DNA from: Antedon mediterranea
Taxonomy: Eukaryota > Animalia > Echinodermata
Direction: 5' to 3'
Assembly: GCF_964355755.1 (NCBI RefSeq)
Contig: NC_092670.1
Coordinates: forward strand, 28,136,388-28,200,387
DNA length: 64,000 nt
A program made the position numbers and the translations under genes. Numbering within the stretch: the first letter of the stretch is position 1; every line of letters begins with the position of its first letter. Positions 1 through 14,700 of the stretch are shown one piece after another. The notes under the pieces were generated by a model that was not told the DNA's origin, did no database searches, and saw only the letters and a list, made by a program, of their open reading frames with translations.

Positions 1-780
1 GTTTTTATGGTAACGAGTTATTTCGAAAATCACAAAATGGTCTAAAACGTCTCCAAATGCGATTTGAAGCTATTCTGTACACTTTGCTGTTTTGTGTGAA
101 TAATTTTTGTCAAAATGCTCAAAATGGTCAAAAACGTTTTTAAATACTATATTAAGCTATTTTGTGTTCTTTGATGTTTTTATGTGAAAAGTTTTATCGA
201 AATGCTCAAAATGGTCTAAAACGGTTTCTAATGTGATTTTAAGAACTTTGATGTTTTTATGTTAAAAACTTTTTTAGAAAATCACAAAATGGTCTAAAAC
301 GTCTCCAAATGCGATTTGAAGCAATTCTAAGCACTTTGGTGTTTTTATGTTAACACGTTTTTTCGAAAATCACAAAATGGTCTACAACGTCTCCAAATGC
401 GATTTGAAGATATTCTAAGCACTTTGGTGTTTTTATGTTAACAAGTTTTTTCGAAAATCACAAAGTGGTATAAAACGTCTCCAAATGCGATTTTAAGGTA
501 TTCTAAGCACTTTGGTGTTTTTATGTTAACAAGTTTTTTAGAAAATCACAAAATGGTCTAAAACGTCTCCAAATGCGATTTGAAGCAATTCTAAGCACTT
601 TGGTGTTTTTATGGTAACGAGTTTTTTTGAATATCACAAAATGGTCTAAAATGTCTCCAAATGCGATTTGAAGCTTTTCTAAGCACTTTGGTGTTTTTAT
701 GTTAACAAGTTTTTTCGAAAATCACAAAATGGTCTAAAACGTCTCCAAATGCGATTTGAAGCTATTCTGTACACTTTGCT

Positions 781-944
781 GTTTTGTGTGAATAATTTTT
801 GTCGAAATGCTCAAAATGGTCAAAAACGTTTTTAAATACGATATTAAGCTATTTTGTGCTCTTTGATGTTTTTGTGTGAAAAGTTTTATCGAAATGCTCA
901 AAATGGTCTAAAACGGTTTCTAATGTGATTTTAAGCACTTTGAT
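781..944 (+). repeat. Example of the diverged B+C dimer (87 bp + 77 bp) that punctuates the array
   Basis: B (781-867) is GTTTTGTGTGAATAATTTTTGTCGAAATGCTCAAAATGGTCAAAAACGTTTTTAAATACGATATTAAGCTATTTTGTGCTCTTTGAT. C (868-944) ends ...AAAACGGTTTCTAATGTGATTTTAAGCACTTTGAT. The pair recurs every few monomers, usually after an A monomer ending CTGTACACTTTGCT. Confidence 0.95.
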
Positions 945-3900
945 GTTTTTATGTTAACAACTTTTTTAGAAAATCACAAAATGGTCTAAAACGTCTCCAA
1001 ATGCGATTTGAAGCTTTTCTAAGCACTTTTGTGTTTTTATGTTTACAAGTTTTTTCGAAAATCACAAAATGGTCTAAAACGGCTCCAAATACGATTTGAA
1101 GCTATTCTAAGCACTTTGGTGTTTTTATGTTAACAAGTTTTTTCGAAAATCACAAAATGGTCTAAAACGTCTCCAAATGCGATTTGAAGCTATTCTAAGC
1201 ACTTTGGTGTTTTTATGTTAACAAGTTTTTTCGAAAATCACAAAATGGTGTAAAACGTCTCCAAATGCGATTTGAAGCTATTCTAAGCAATTTTGTGTTT
1301 TTATGTTAACAAGTTTTTTCGAAAATCACAAAATGGTCTAAAACGTCTCCAAATGCGATTTGAAGCTATTCTAAGCACTTTTGTGTTTTTATGTTAACAA
1401 GTTTTTTCGAAAATCACAAAATTGTCTAAAATGTCTCAAAATGCGATTTGAAGCTATTCTTTACACTTTGCTGTTTTGTGTGAATAATTTTTGTCAAAAT
1501 GCTCAAAATGGTCAAAAACGTTTTTAAATACTATATTAAGCTATTTTGTGTTCTTTGATGTTTTTGTGTGAAAAGTTTTTTCGAAATGCTCAAAATGGTC
1601 TAAAACGGTTTCTAATGTGATTTTAAGCACTTTGATGTTTTTATGTTAACAACTTTTTTAGAAAATTACAAAATGGTCTAAAACGTCTCCAAATGCGATT
1701 TGAAGCAATTCTAAGCACTTTGGTGTTTTTATGTTAACAAGTTTTTTCGAAAATCACAAAATGGTCTAAAACGTCTCCAAATGCGATTTGAAGCTATTCT
1801 GTACACTTTGCTGTTTTGTGTGAATAATTTTTGTTGAAATGCTCAAAATGGTCAAAAACGTTTTTAAATACGATATTAAGCTATTTTGTGCTCTTTGATG
1901 TTTTTGTGTGAAAAGTTTTATCGAAATGCTCAAAATGGTCTAAAACGGTTTCTAATGTGATTTTAAGCACTTTGGTGTTTTTATGTTAACAAGTTTTTTC
2001 GAAAATCACAAAATGGTCTAAAATGTCTCCAAATGCGATTTGAAGCTTTTCTAAGCACTTTGGTGTTTTTATGTTAACAAGTTTTTTCGAAAATCACAAA
2101 ATGGTCTAAAACGTCTCCAAATGTGATTTGAAGCTATTCTAAACACTTTGGTGTTTTTATGTTAACAAGTTTTTTCGAAAATCACAAATTGGTCTAAAAC
2201 GTCTCCAAATGCGATTTGAAGCTATTTTAAGCACTTTGGTGTTTTTGTGTAACCAAGTTTTTTCGAAAATCACAAAAGGGTCTAAAATGTCTCAAAATGC
2301 GATTTGAAGCTATTCTGTACACTTTGATGTTTTTTTGTTAACAAGTTTTTTCGAAAGTCACAAAATGGTCTAAAAAGTCTCCAAATGCGATTTGAAGCTA
2401 TTCTAAGCACTTTGGTGTTTTTATGTTAACAAGTTTTATCGAAAATCACAAAATGGTGTAAAACGTCTCCAAATGCGATTTGAAGCTATTCTAAGCACTT
2501 TGGTTTTTTATGTTAACAAGTTTTTTCGAAAATCACAAAATGGTGTAAAACGTCTCCAAATGCGATTTTAAGCTATTCTAAGCAATTTGGTGTTTTTATG
2601 TTAACAAGTTTTTTCGAAAATCACAAAATGGTCTAAAACGTCTCCAAATGCGATTTGAAGCTATTCTGTACACTTTGCTGTTTTGTGAGAATAATTTTTG
2701 TCGAAATGCTCAAAATGGTCAAAAACGTTTTTAAATACGATATTAAGCTATTTTGTGCTCTTTGATGTTTTTGTGTGAAAAGTTTTATCGAAATGCTCAA
2801 AATGGTCTAAAACGGTTTCTAATGTGATTTTAAGCACTTTGATGTTTTTATGTTAACAACTTTTTTAGAAAATTACAAAATGGTGTAAAACGTCTCCAAA
2901 TGCGATTTGAAGCTATTCTAAGCAATTTCGTGTTTTTATGTTAACAAGTTTTTTCTAAAATCACAAAATGGTCTAAAATGTCTCCAAATGCGATTTTAAG
3001 GTATTCTAAGCACTTTGGTGTTTTTATGTTAACAAGTTTTTTCGAAAATCACAAAATGGTCTAAAACGTCTACAAATGCGATTTGAAGCTATTCTAAGCA
3101 CTTTGGTGTTTTTATGTTAACAAGTTTTTTCGAAAATCACAAAATGGTATAAAACGTCTCCAAATGCGATTTGAAGATTTTCTAAGCACTTTGGTGTTTT
3201 TATGTTTACAAGTTTTTTCGAAAATCACAAAATGGTCTAAAACGTCTCCAAATGCGATTTGAAGCTATTCCGTACACTTTGCTGTTTTGTGTGAATAATT
3301 TTGTCAAAATGCTCAAAATGGTCAAAAACGTTTTTAAATACTATATTAAGCTATTTTGTGTTCTTTGATGTTTTTGTGTGAAAAGTTTTATCGAAATGCT
3401 CAAAATGGTCTAAAACGGTTTCTAATGAAATGATTTTAAGAACTTTGATGTTTTTATGTTAACAACTTTTTTAGAAAATCACAAAATGGTCTAAAACGTC
3501 TCCAAATGCGATTTGAAGCAATTCTAAGCACTTTGGTGTTTTTATGTTAACAAGTTTTTTCGAAAATCACAAAATGGTATAAAACCTCTCCAAATGCGAT
3601 TTTAAGGTATTCTAAGCACTTTGGTGTTTTTATGTTAACAAGTTTTTTCGAAAACCACAAAATGGTATAAAACGTCTCCAAATGCGATTTGAAGCAATTC
3701 TAAGCACTTTGGTGTTTTTATGTTAACAAGTTTTTTCGAAAATCACAAAATGGTATAAAACGTCTCCAAATGAGATTTTAAGGTATTCTAAGCACTTTGG
3801 TGTTTTTATGTTAACAAGTTTTTTCGAAAATCACAAAATGGTCTAAAACGTCTACAAATGCGATTTGAAGCTATTCTAAGCACTTTGGTGTTTTTATGTT

Positions 3901-5714
3901 AACAAGTTTTTTCGAAAATCACAAAATGGTATAAAACGTCTCCAAATGCGATTTTAAGCTATTCTAAGCAATTTGGTGTTTTTATGTTAACAAGTTTTTT
4001 CGAAAATCACAAAATGGTCGAAAATGTCACAAAATGCGATTTGAAGCTATTCTAAGCACTTTGGTGTTATTATGTTAACAAGTTTTTTCGAAAATCACAA
4101 ATTGGTCTAAAACGTCTCCAAATGCGATTTGAAGCTATTTTAAGCACTTTGGTGTTTTTGTGTAACCAAGTTTTTTCGAAAATCACAAAAGGGTCTAAAA
4201 TGTCTAAAAATACGATTTGAAGCTATTCTGTACACTTTGATGTTTTTTTGTTAACAAGTTTTTTCGAAAGTCACAAAATGGTCTAAAACGTCTCCAAATG
4301 CGATTTGAAGCTATTCTAAGCACTTTGGTGTTTTTATGTTAACAAGTTTTTTCGAAAATCACAAAATGGTGTAAAACGTCTCCAAATGCGATTTGAAGCT
4401 ATTCTAAGCACTTTGGTGTTTTTATGTTAACAAGTTTTTTCGAAAATCACAAAATGGTGTAAAACTTCTCCAAATACGATTTTAAGCTATTCTAAGCAAT
4501 TTGGTGTTTTTATGTTAACAAGTTTTTTCGAAAATCACAAAATGGTCTAAAACGTCTCCAAATGCGATTTGAAGTTATTCTGTACACTTTGCTGTTTTGT
4601 GAGAATAATTTTTGTCGAAATGCTCAAAATGGTCAAAAACGTTTTTAAATACGATATTAAGCTATTTTGTGCTCTTTGATGTTTTTGTGTGAAAAGTTTT
4701 ATCGAAATGCTCAAAATGGTCTAAAACGGTTTCTAATGTGATTTTAAGCACTTTGGTGTTTTTATGTTAACAAGTTTTTTCGAAAATCACAAAATGGTCT
4801 AAAACGTCTCCAAATGTGATTTGAAGCTATTCTAAACACTTTGGTGTTTTTATGTTAACAAGTTTTTTCGAAAATCACAAATTGGTCTAAAACGTATCCA
4901 AATGCGATTTGAAGCTATTTTAAGCACTTTGGTGTTTTTGTGTAACCAAGTTTTTTCGAAAATCACAAAAGGGTCTAAAATGTCTCAAAATGCGATTTGA
5001 AGCTATTCTGTACACTTTGATGTTTTTTTGTTAACAAGTTTTTTCGAAAGTCACAAAATGGTCTAAAACGTCTCCAAATGCGATTTGAAGCTATTCTAAG
5101 CACTTTGGTGTTTTTATGTTAACAAGTTTTTTCGAAAATCACAAAATGGTGTAAAACGTCTCCAAATGCGATTTGAAGCTATTCTAAGCACTTTGGTGTT
5201 TTTATGTTAACAAGTTTTTTCGAAAATCACAAAATGGTGTAAAACTTCTCCAAATACGATTTTAAGCTATTCTAAGCAATTTGGTGTTTTTATGTTAACA
5301 AGTTTTTTCGAAAATCACAAAATGGTCTAAAACGTCTCCAAATGCGATTTGAAGCTATTCTGTACACTTTGCTGTTTTGTGTGAATAATTTTTGTTGAAA
5401 TGCTCAAAATGGTCAAAAACGTTTTTAAATACTATATTAAGCTATTTTGTGTTCTTTGATGTTTTTGTGTGAAAAGTTTTATCGAAATGCTCAAAATGGT
5501 CTAAAACGGTTTCTAATGTGATTTTAAGCACTTTGATGTTTTTATGTTAACAAGTTTTTTCGAAAATCACAAAATGGTGTAAAACGTCTCCAAATGCGAT
5601 TTGAAGCTATTCTAAGCACGTTGGTGTTTTTATGTTAACAAGTTTTTTCGAAAATCACAAAATGGTCTAAAACGTCTCCAAATGCGATTTGAAGCAATTC
5701 TAAGCACTTTGGTG

Positions 5715-8700
5715 TTTTTATGGTAACGAGTTATTTCGAAAATCACAAAATGGTCTAAAACGTCTCCAAATGCGATTTGAAGCTATTCTGTACACTTTGC
5801 TGTTTTGTGTGAATAATTTTTGTCAAAATGCTCAAAATGGTCAAAAACGTTTTTTAATACTATATTAAGCTATTTTGTGCTCTTTGATGTTTTTGTGTGA
5901 AAAGTTTTATCGAAATGCTCAAAATGGTCTAAAACGGTTTCTAATGTGATTTTAAGCACTTTGATGTTTTTATGTTAACAACTTTTTTAGAAAATTACAA
6001 AATGGTGTAAAACGTCTCCAAATGCGATTTGAAGCTATTCTAAGCACTTTGGTGTTTTTATGGTAACGAGTTTTTTTGAATATCACAAAATGGTCTAAAA
6101 TGTCTCCAAATGCGATTTGAAGCTTTTCTAAGCACTTTGGTGTTTTTATGTTAACAAGTTTTTTCGAAAATCACAAAATGGTCTAAAACGTCTCCAAATG
6201 TGATTTGAAGCTATTCTAAACACTTTGGTGTTTTTATGTTAACAAGTTTTTTCGAAAATCACAAATTGGTCTAAAACGTCTCCAAATGCGATTTGAAGCT
6301 AGTTTAAGCACTTTGGTGTTTTTGTGTAACCAAGTTTTTTCGAAAATCACAAAAGGGTCTAAAATGTCTCAAAATGCGATTTGAAGCTATTCTGTACACT
6401 TTGATGTTTTTTTTGTTAACAAGTTTTTTCGAAAGTCACAAAATGGTCTAAAACGTCTCCAAATGCGATTTGAAGCTATTCTAAGCACTTTGGTGTTTTT
6501 ATGTTAACAAGTTTTTTCGAAAATCACAAAATGGTGTAAAACGTCTCCAAATGCGATTTGAAGCTATTCTAAGCAATTTGGTGTTTTTATGTTAACAAGT
6601 TTTTTCGAAAATCACAAAATGGTGTAAAACGTCTCCAAATGCGATTTTAAGCTATTCTAAGCAATTTGGTGTTCTTTTATGTTAACAAGTTTTTTCGAAA
6701 ATCACAAAATGGTCTAAAACGTCTCCAAATGCGATTTGAAGCTATTCTGTACACTTTGCTGTTTTGTGAGAATAATTTTTGTCGAAATGCTCAAAATGGT
6801 CAAAAACGTTTTTAAATACGATATTAAGCTATTTTGTGCTCTTTGATGTTTTTGTGTGAAAAGTTTTATCGAAATGCTCAAAATGGTCTAAAACGGTTTC
6901 TATTGTGATTTTAAGCACTTTGGTGTTTTTATGTTAACAAGTTTTTTCGAAAATCACAAAATGGTCTAAAACGTCTCCAAATGTGATTTGAAGCTATTCT
7001 AAACACTTTGGTGTTTTTATGTTAACAAGTTTTTTCGAAAATCACAAATTGGTCTAAAACGTCTCCAAATGCGATTTGAAGCTATTTTAAGCACTTTGGT
7101 GTTTTTGTGTAACCAAGTTTTTTCGAAAATCACAAAAGGGTCTAAAATGTCTCAAAATGCGATTTGAAGCTATTCTGTACACTTTGATGTTTTTTTGTTA
7201 ACAAGTTTTTTCGAAAGTCACAAAATGGTCTAAAACGTCTCCAAATGCGATTTGAAGCTATTCTAAGCACTTTGCTGTTTTGTGTGAATAATTTTTGTCG
7301 AAATGCTCAAAATGGTCAAAAACGTTTTTAAATACGATATTAAGCTATTTTGTGCTCTTTGATGTTTTTGTGTGAAAAGTTTTATCGAAATGCTCAAAAT
7401 GGTCTAAAACGGTTTCTAATGTGATTTTAAGCACTTTGATGTTTTTATGTTAACAACTTTTTTAGAAAATCACAAAATGGTCTAAAACGTCTCCAAATGC
7501 GATTTGAAGCAATTCTAAGCACTTTGGTGTTTTTATGGTAACGAGTTTTTTTGAATATCACAAAATGGTCTAAAATGTCTCCAAATGCGATTTGAAGCTT
7601 TTCTAAGCACATTGGTGTTTTTATGTTAACAAGTTTTTTCGAAAATCACAAAATGGTCTAAAACGTCTCCAAATGCGATTTGAAGCTATTCTGTACACTT
7701 TGCTGTTTTGTGTGAATAATTTTTGTCGAAATGCTCAAAATGGTCAAAAACGTTTTTAAATACGATATTAAGCTATTTTGTGCTCTTTTATGTTTTTGTG
7801 TGAAAAGTTTTATCGAAATGCTCAAAATGGTCTAAAACGGTTTCTAATGTGATTTTAAGCACTTTGATGTTTTTATGTTAACAACTTTTTTAGAAAATCA
7901 CAAAATGGTCTAAAACGTCTCCAAATGCGATTTGAAGCAATTCTAAGCACTTTGGTGTTTTTATGGTAACGAGTTTTTTTGAATATCACAAAATGGTCTA
8001 AAATGTCTCCAAATGCGATTTGAAGCTTTTCTAAGCACTTTGGTGTTTTTATGGTAACGAGTTATTTCGAAAATCACAAAATGGTCTAAAACGTCTCCAA
8101 ATGCGATTTGAAGCTATTCTGTACACTTTGCTGTTTTGTGTGAATAATTTTTGTCAAAATGCTCAAAATGGTCAAAAACGTTTTTAAATACTATATTAAG
8201 CTATTTTGTGCTCTTTGATGTTTTTGTGTGAAAAGTTTTATCGAAATGCTCAAAATGGTCTAAAACGGTTTCTAATGTGATTTTAAGCACTTTGATGTTT
8301 TTATGTTAACAACTTTTTTAGAAAATTACAAATTGGTGTAAAACGTCTCCAAATGCGATTTGAAGCTATTCTAAGCAATTTGGTGTTTTTATGTTAACAA
8401 GTTTTTTCGAAAATCACAAAATGGTCTAAAACGTCTCCAAATGCGATTTGAAGCTATTCTAAGCACTTTTGTGTTTTTATGTTAACAAGTTTTTTCGAAA
8501 ATCACAAAATGGTCTAAAATGTCTCCAAATGCGATTTGAAGCTTTTCTAAGCACTTTTGTGTTTTTATGTTTACAAGTTTTTTCGAAAATCACAAAATGG
8601 TCTAAAACGTCTCCAAATGCGATTTGAAGCTATTCTGTACACTTTGCTGTTTTGTGTGAATAATTTTTGTCAAAATGCTCAAAATGGTCAAAAACGGTTT

Positions 8701-11700
8701 TAAATACTATATTAAGCTATTTTGTGTTCTTTGATGTTTTTATGTGAAAAGTTTTATCGAAATGCTCAAAATGGTCTAAAACGGTTTCTAATGTGATTTT
8801 AAGAACTTTGATGTTTTTATGTTAAAAACTTTTTTAGAAAATCACAAAATGGTCTAAAACGTCTCCAAATGCGATTTGAAGCAATTCTAAGCACTTTGGT
8901 GTTTTTATGTTAACACGTTTTTTCGAAAATCACAAAATGGTCTACAACGTCTCCAAATGCGATTTGAAGCTATTCTAAGCACTTTGGTGTTTTTATGTTA
9001 ACAAGTTTTTTCGAAAATCACAAAGTGGTATAAAACGTCTCCAAATGCGATTTTAATGTATTCTAAGCACTTTGGTGTTTTTATGTTAACAAGTTTTTTC
9101 GAAAATCACAAATTGGTCTAAAACGTCTCCAAATGCGATTTGAAGCTATTTTAAGCACTTTGGTGTTTTTGTGTAACCAAGTTTTTTCGAAAATCACAAA
9201 AGGGTCTAAAATGTCTCAAAATGCGATTTGAAGCTATTCTGTACACTTTGATGTTTTTATGTTAACAACTTTTTTAGAAAATCACAAAATGGTCTAAAAC
9301 GTCTCCAAATGCGATTTGAAGCAATTCTAAGCACTTTGGTGTTTTTATGGTAACGAGTTTTTTTGAATATCACAAAATGGTCTAAAATGTCTCCAAATGC
9401 GATTTGAAGCTTTTCTAAGCACGTTGGTGTTTTTATGTTTACAAGTTTTTTCGAAAATCACAAAATGGTCTAAAACGGCTCCAAATACGATTTGAAGCTA
9501 TTCTAAGCACTTTGGTGTTTTTATGTTAACAAGTTTTTTCGAAAATCACAAAATGGTCTAAAACGTCTCCAAATGCGATTTGAAGCTATTCTAAGCACTT
9601 TGGTGTTTTTATGTTAACAAGTTTTTTCGAAAATCACAAAATGGTGTAAAACGTCTCCAAATGCGATTTGAAGCTATTCTAAGCAATTTTGTGTTTTTAT
9701 GTTAACAAGTTTTTTCGAAAATCACAAAATGGTCTAAAACGTCTCCAAATGCGATTTGAAGCTATTCTAAGCACTTTTGTGTTTTTATGTTAACAAGTTT
9801 TTTCGAAAATCACAAAATGGTCTAAAATGTCTCAAAATGCGATTTGAAGCTATTCTGTACACTTTGCTGTTTTGTGTGAATAATTTTTGTCAAAATGCTC
9901 AAAATGGTCAAAAACGTTTTTAAATACTATATTAAGCTATTTTGTGTTCTTTGATGTTTTTGTGTGAAAAGTTTTTTCGAAATGCTCAAAATGGTCTAAA
10001 ACGGTTTCTAATGTGATTTTAAGCACTTTGATGTTTTTATGTTAACAACTTTTTTAGAAAATTACAAAATGGTCTAAAACGTCTCCAAATGCAATTTGAA
10101 GCAATTCTAAGCACTTTGGTGTTTTTATGTTAACAAGTTTTTTCGAAAATCACAAAATGGTCTAAAACGTCTCCAAATGCTATTTGAAGCTATTCTGTAC
10201 ACTTTGCTGTTTTGTGTGAATAATTTTTGTTGAAATGCTCAAAATGGTCAAAAACGTTTTTAAATACGATATTAAGCTATTTTGTGCTCTTTGATGTTTT
10301 TGTGTGAAAAGTTTTATCGAAATGCTCAAAATGGTCTAAAACGGTTTCTAATGTGATTTTAAGCACTTTGGTGTTTTTATGTTAACAAGTTTTTTCGAAA
10401 ATCACAAAATGGTCTAAAATATCTCCAAATGCGATTTGAAGCTTTTCTAAGCACTTTGGTGTTTTTATGTTAACAAGTTTTTTCGAAAATCACAAAATGG
10501 TCTAAAACGTCTCCAAATGTGATTTGAAGCTATTCTAAACACTTTGGTGTTTTTATGTTAACAAGTTTTTTCGAAAATCACAAATTGGTCTAAAACGTCT
10601 CCAAATGCGATTTTAAGCAATTCTAAGCACTTTGGTGTTTTTATGTTAAAAAGTTTTTTTCGAAAATCACAAAATGGTCTAAAACCTCTCCAAATGCGAT
10701 TTGAAGCTATTCTGTACACTTTGCTGTTTTGTGTGAATAATTTTTGTCGAAATGCTCAAAATGGTCAAAAACGTTTTTAAATACGATATTAAGCTATTTT
10801 GTGCTCTTTGATGTTTTTGTGTGAAAAGTTTTATCGAAATGCTCAAAATGGTCTAAAACGGTTTCTAATGTGATTTTAAGCACTTTGGTGTTTTTATGTT
10901 AACAAGTTTTTTCGAAAATCACAAAATGGTCTAAAACGTCTCCAAATGTGATTTGAAGCTATTTTAAACACTTTGGTGTTTTTATGTTAATAAGTTTTTT
11001 CGAAAATCACAAATTGGTCTAAAACGTCTCCAAATGCGATTTGAAGCTTTTCTAAGCACTTTGGTGTTTTTATGGTAACGAGTTATTTCGAAAATCACAA
11101 AATGGTCTAAAACGTCTCCAAATGCGATTTGAAGCTATTCTGTACACTTTGCTGTTTTGTGTGAATAATTTTTGTCAAAATGCTCAAAATGGTCAAAAAC
11201 GTTTTTAAATACTATATTAAGCTATTTTGTGTTCTTTGATGTTTTTATGTGAAAAGTTTTATCGAAATGCTCAAAATGGTCTAAAACGGTTTCTAATGTG
11301 ATTTTAAGAACTTTGATGTTTTTATGTTAAAAACTTTTTTAGAAAATCACAAAATGGTCTAAAACGTCTCCAAATGCGATTTGAAGCAATTCTAAGCACT
11401 TTGGTGTTTTTATGTTAACACTTTTTTTCGAAAATCACAAAATGGTCTACAACGTCTCCAAATGCGATTTGAAGATATTCTAAGCACTTTGGTGTTTTTA
11501 TGTTAACAAGTTTTTTCGAAAATCACAAAGTGGTATAAAACGTCTCCAAATGCGATTTTAAGGTATTCTAAGCACTTTGGTGTTTTTATGTTAACAAGTT
11601 TTTTAGAAAATCACAAAATGGTCTAAAACGTCTCCAAATGCGATTTGAAGCAATTCTAAGCACTTTGGTGTTTTTATGGTAACGAGTTTTTTTGAATATC

Positions 11701-14700
11701 ACAAAATGGTCTAAAATGTCTCCAAATGCGATTTGAAGCTTTTCTAAGCACTTTGGTGTTTTTATGTTAACAAGTTTTTTCGAAAATCACAAAATGGTCT
11801 AAAACGTCTCCAAATGCGATTTGAAGCTATTCTGTACACTTTGCTGTTTTGTGTGAATAATTTTTGTCGAAATGCTCAAAATGGTCAAAAACGTTTTTAA
11901 ATACGATATTAAGCTATTTTGTGCTCTTTGATGTTTTTGTGTGAAAAGTTTTATCGAAATGCTCAAAATGGTCTAAAACGGTTTCTAATGTGATTTTAAG
12001 CACTTTGATGTTTTTATGTTAACAACTTTTTTAGAAAATCACAAAATGGTCTAAAACGTCTCCAAATGCGATTTGAAGCTTTTCTAAGCACTTTTGTGTT
12101 TTTATGTTTACAAGTTTTTTCGAAAATCACAAAATGGTCTAAAACGGCTCCAAATACGATTTGAAGCTATTCTAAGCACTTTGGTGTTTTTATGTTAACA
12201 AGTTTTTTCGAAAATCACAAAATGGTCTAAAACGTCTCCAAATGCGATTTGAAGCTATTCTAAGCACTTTGGTGTTTTTATGTTAACAAGTTTTTTCGAA
12301 AATCACAAAATGGTGTAAAACGTCTCCAAATGCGATTTGAAGCTATTCTAAGCAATTTTGTGTTTTTATGTTAACAAGTTTTTTCGAAAATCACAAAATG
12401 GTCTAAAACGTCTCCAAATGCGATTTGAAGCTATTCTAAGCACTTTTGTGTTTTTATGTTAACAAGTTTTTTCGAAAATCACAAAATTGTCTAAAATGTC
12501 TCAAAATGCGATTTGAAGCTATTCTTTACACTTTGCTGTTTTGTGTGAATAATTTTTGTCAAAATGCTCAAAATGGTCAAAAACGTTTTTAAATACTATA
12601 TTAAGCTATTTTGTGTTCTTTGATGTTTTTGTGTGAAAAGTTTTTTCGAAATGCTCAAAATGGTCTAAAACGGTTTCTAATGTGATTTTAAGCACTTTGA
12701 TGTTTTTATGTTAACAACTTTTTTAGAAAATTACAAAATGGTCTAAAACGTCTCCAAATGCGATTTGAAGCAATTCTAAGCACTTTGGTGTTTTTATGTT
12801 AACAAGTTTTTTCGAAAATCACAAAATGGTCTAAAACGTCTCCAAATGCGATTTGAAGCTATTCTGTACACTTTGCTGTTTTGTGTGAATAATTTTTGTT
12901 GAAATGCTCAAAATGGTCAAAAACGTTTTTAAATACGATATTAAGCTATTTTGTGCTCTTTGATGTTTTTGTGTGAAAAGTTTTATCGAAATGCTCAAAA
13001 TGGTCTAAAACGGTTTCTAATGTGATTTTAAGCACTTTGGTGTTTTTATGTTAACAAGTTTTTTCGAAATTCACAAAATGGTCTAAAATGTCTCCAAATG
13101 CGATTTGAAGCTTTTCTAAGCACTTTGGTGTTTTTATGTTAACAAGTTTTTTCGAAAATCACAAAATGGTCTAAAACGTCTCCAAATGTGATTTGAAGCT
13201 ATTCTAAACACTTTGGTGTTTTTATGTTAACAAGTTTTTTCGAAAATCACAAATTGGTCTAAAACGTCTCCAAATGCGATTTGAAGCTATTTTAAGCACT
13301 TTGGTGTTTTTGTGTAACCAAGTTTTTTCGAAAATCACAAAAGGGTCTAAAATGTCTCAAAATGCGATTTGAAGCTATTCTGTACACTTTGATGTTTTTT
13401 TGTTAACAAGTTTTTTCGAAAGTCACAAAATGGTCTAAAAAGTCTCCAAATGCGATTTGAAGCTATTCTAAGCACTTTGGTGTTTTTATGTTAACAAGTT
13501 TTATCGAAAATCACAAAATGGTGTAAAACGTCTCCAAATGCGATTTGAAGCTATTCTAAGCACTTTGGTGTTTTTATGTTAACAAGTTTTTTCGAAAATC
13601 ACAAAATGGTGTAAAACGTCTCCAAATGCGATTTTAAGCTATTCTAAGCAATTTGGTGTTTTTATGTTAACAAGTTTTTTCGAAAATCACAAAATGGTCT
13701 AAAACGTCTCCAAATGCGATTTGAAGCTATTCTGTACACTTTGCTGTTTTGTGAGAATAATTTTTGTCGAAATGCTCAAAATGGTCAAAAACGTTTTTAA
13801 ATACGATATTAAGCTATTTTGTGCTCTTTGATGTTTTTGTGTGAAAAGTTTTATCGAAATGCTCAAAATGGTCTAAAACGGTTTCTAATGTGATTTTAAG
13901 CACTTTGATGTTTTTATGTTAACAACTTTTTTAGAAAATTACAAAATGGTGTAAAACGTCTCCAAATGCGATTTGAAGCTATTCTAAGCAATTTCGTGTT
14001 TTTATGTTAACAAGTTTTTTCGAAAATCACAAAATGGTCTAAAACGTCTCCAAATGCGATTTGAAGCTATTCTAAGCACTTTTGTGTTTTTATGTTAACA
14101 AGTTTTTTCGAAAATCACAAAATGGTCTAAAATGTCTCCAAATGCGATTTTAAGGTATTCTAAGCACTTTGGTGTTTTTATGTTAACAAGTTTTTTCGAA
14201 AATCACAAAATGGTCTAAAACGTCTACAAATGCGATTTGAAGCTCTTCTAAGCACTTTGGTGTTTTTATGTTAACAAGTTTTTTCGAAAATCACAAAATG
14301 GTATAAAACGTCTCCAAATGCGATTTGAAGATTTTCTAAGCACTTTGGTGTTTTTATGTTTACAAGTTTTTTCGAAAATCACAAAATGGTCTAAAACGTC
14401 TCCAAATGCGATTTGAAGCTATTCTGTACACTTTGCTGTTTTGTGTGAATAATTTTGTCAAAATGCTCAAAATGGTCAAAAACGTTTTTAAATACTATAT
14501 TAAGCTATTTTGTGTTCTTTGATGTTTTTGTGTGAAAAGTTTTATCGAAATGCTCAAAATGGTCTAAAACGGTTTCTAATGAAATGATTTTAAGAACTTT
14601 GATGTTTTTATGTTAACAACTTTTTTAGAAAATCACAAAATGGTCTAAAACGTCTCCAAATGCGATTTGAAGCAATTCTAAGCACTTTGGTGTTTTTATG

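Noticed and set aside
1142-1158. CENP-B box starting at TTCG
   Set aside because: TTCGAAAATCACAAA lacks the A..CGGG part of the TTCGNNNNANNCGGG core.
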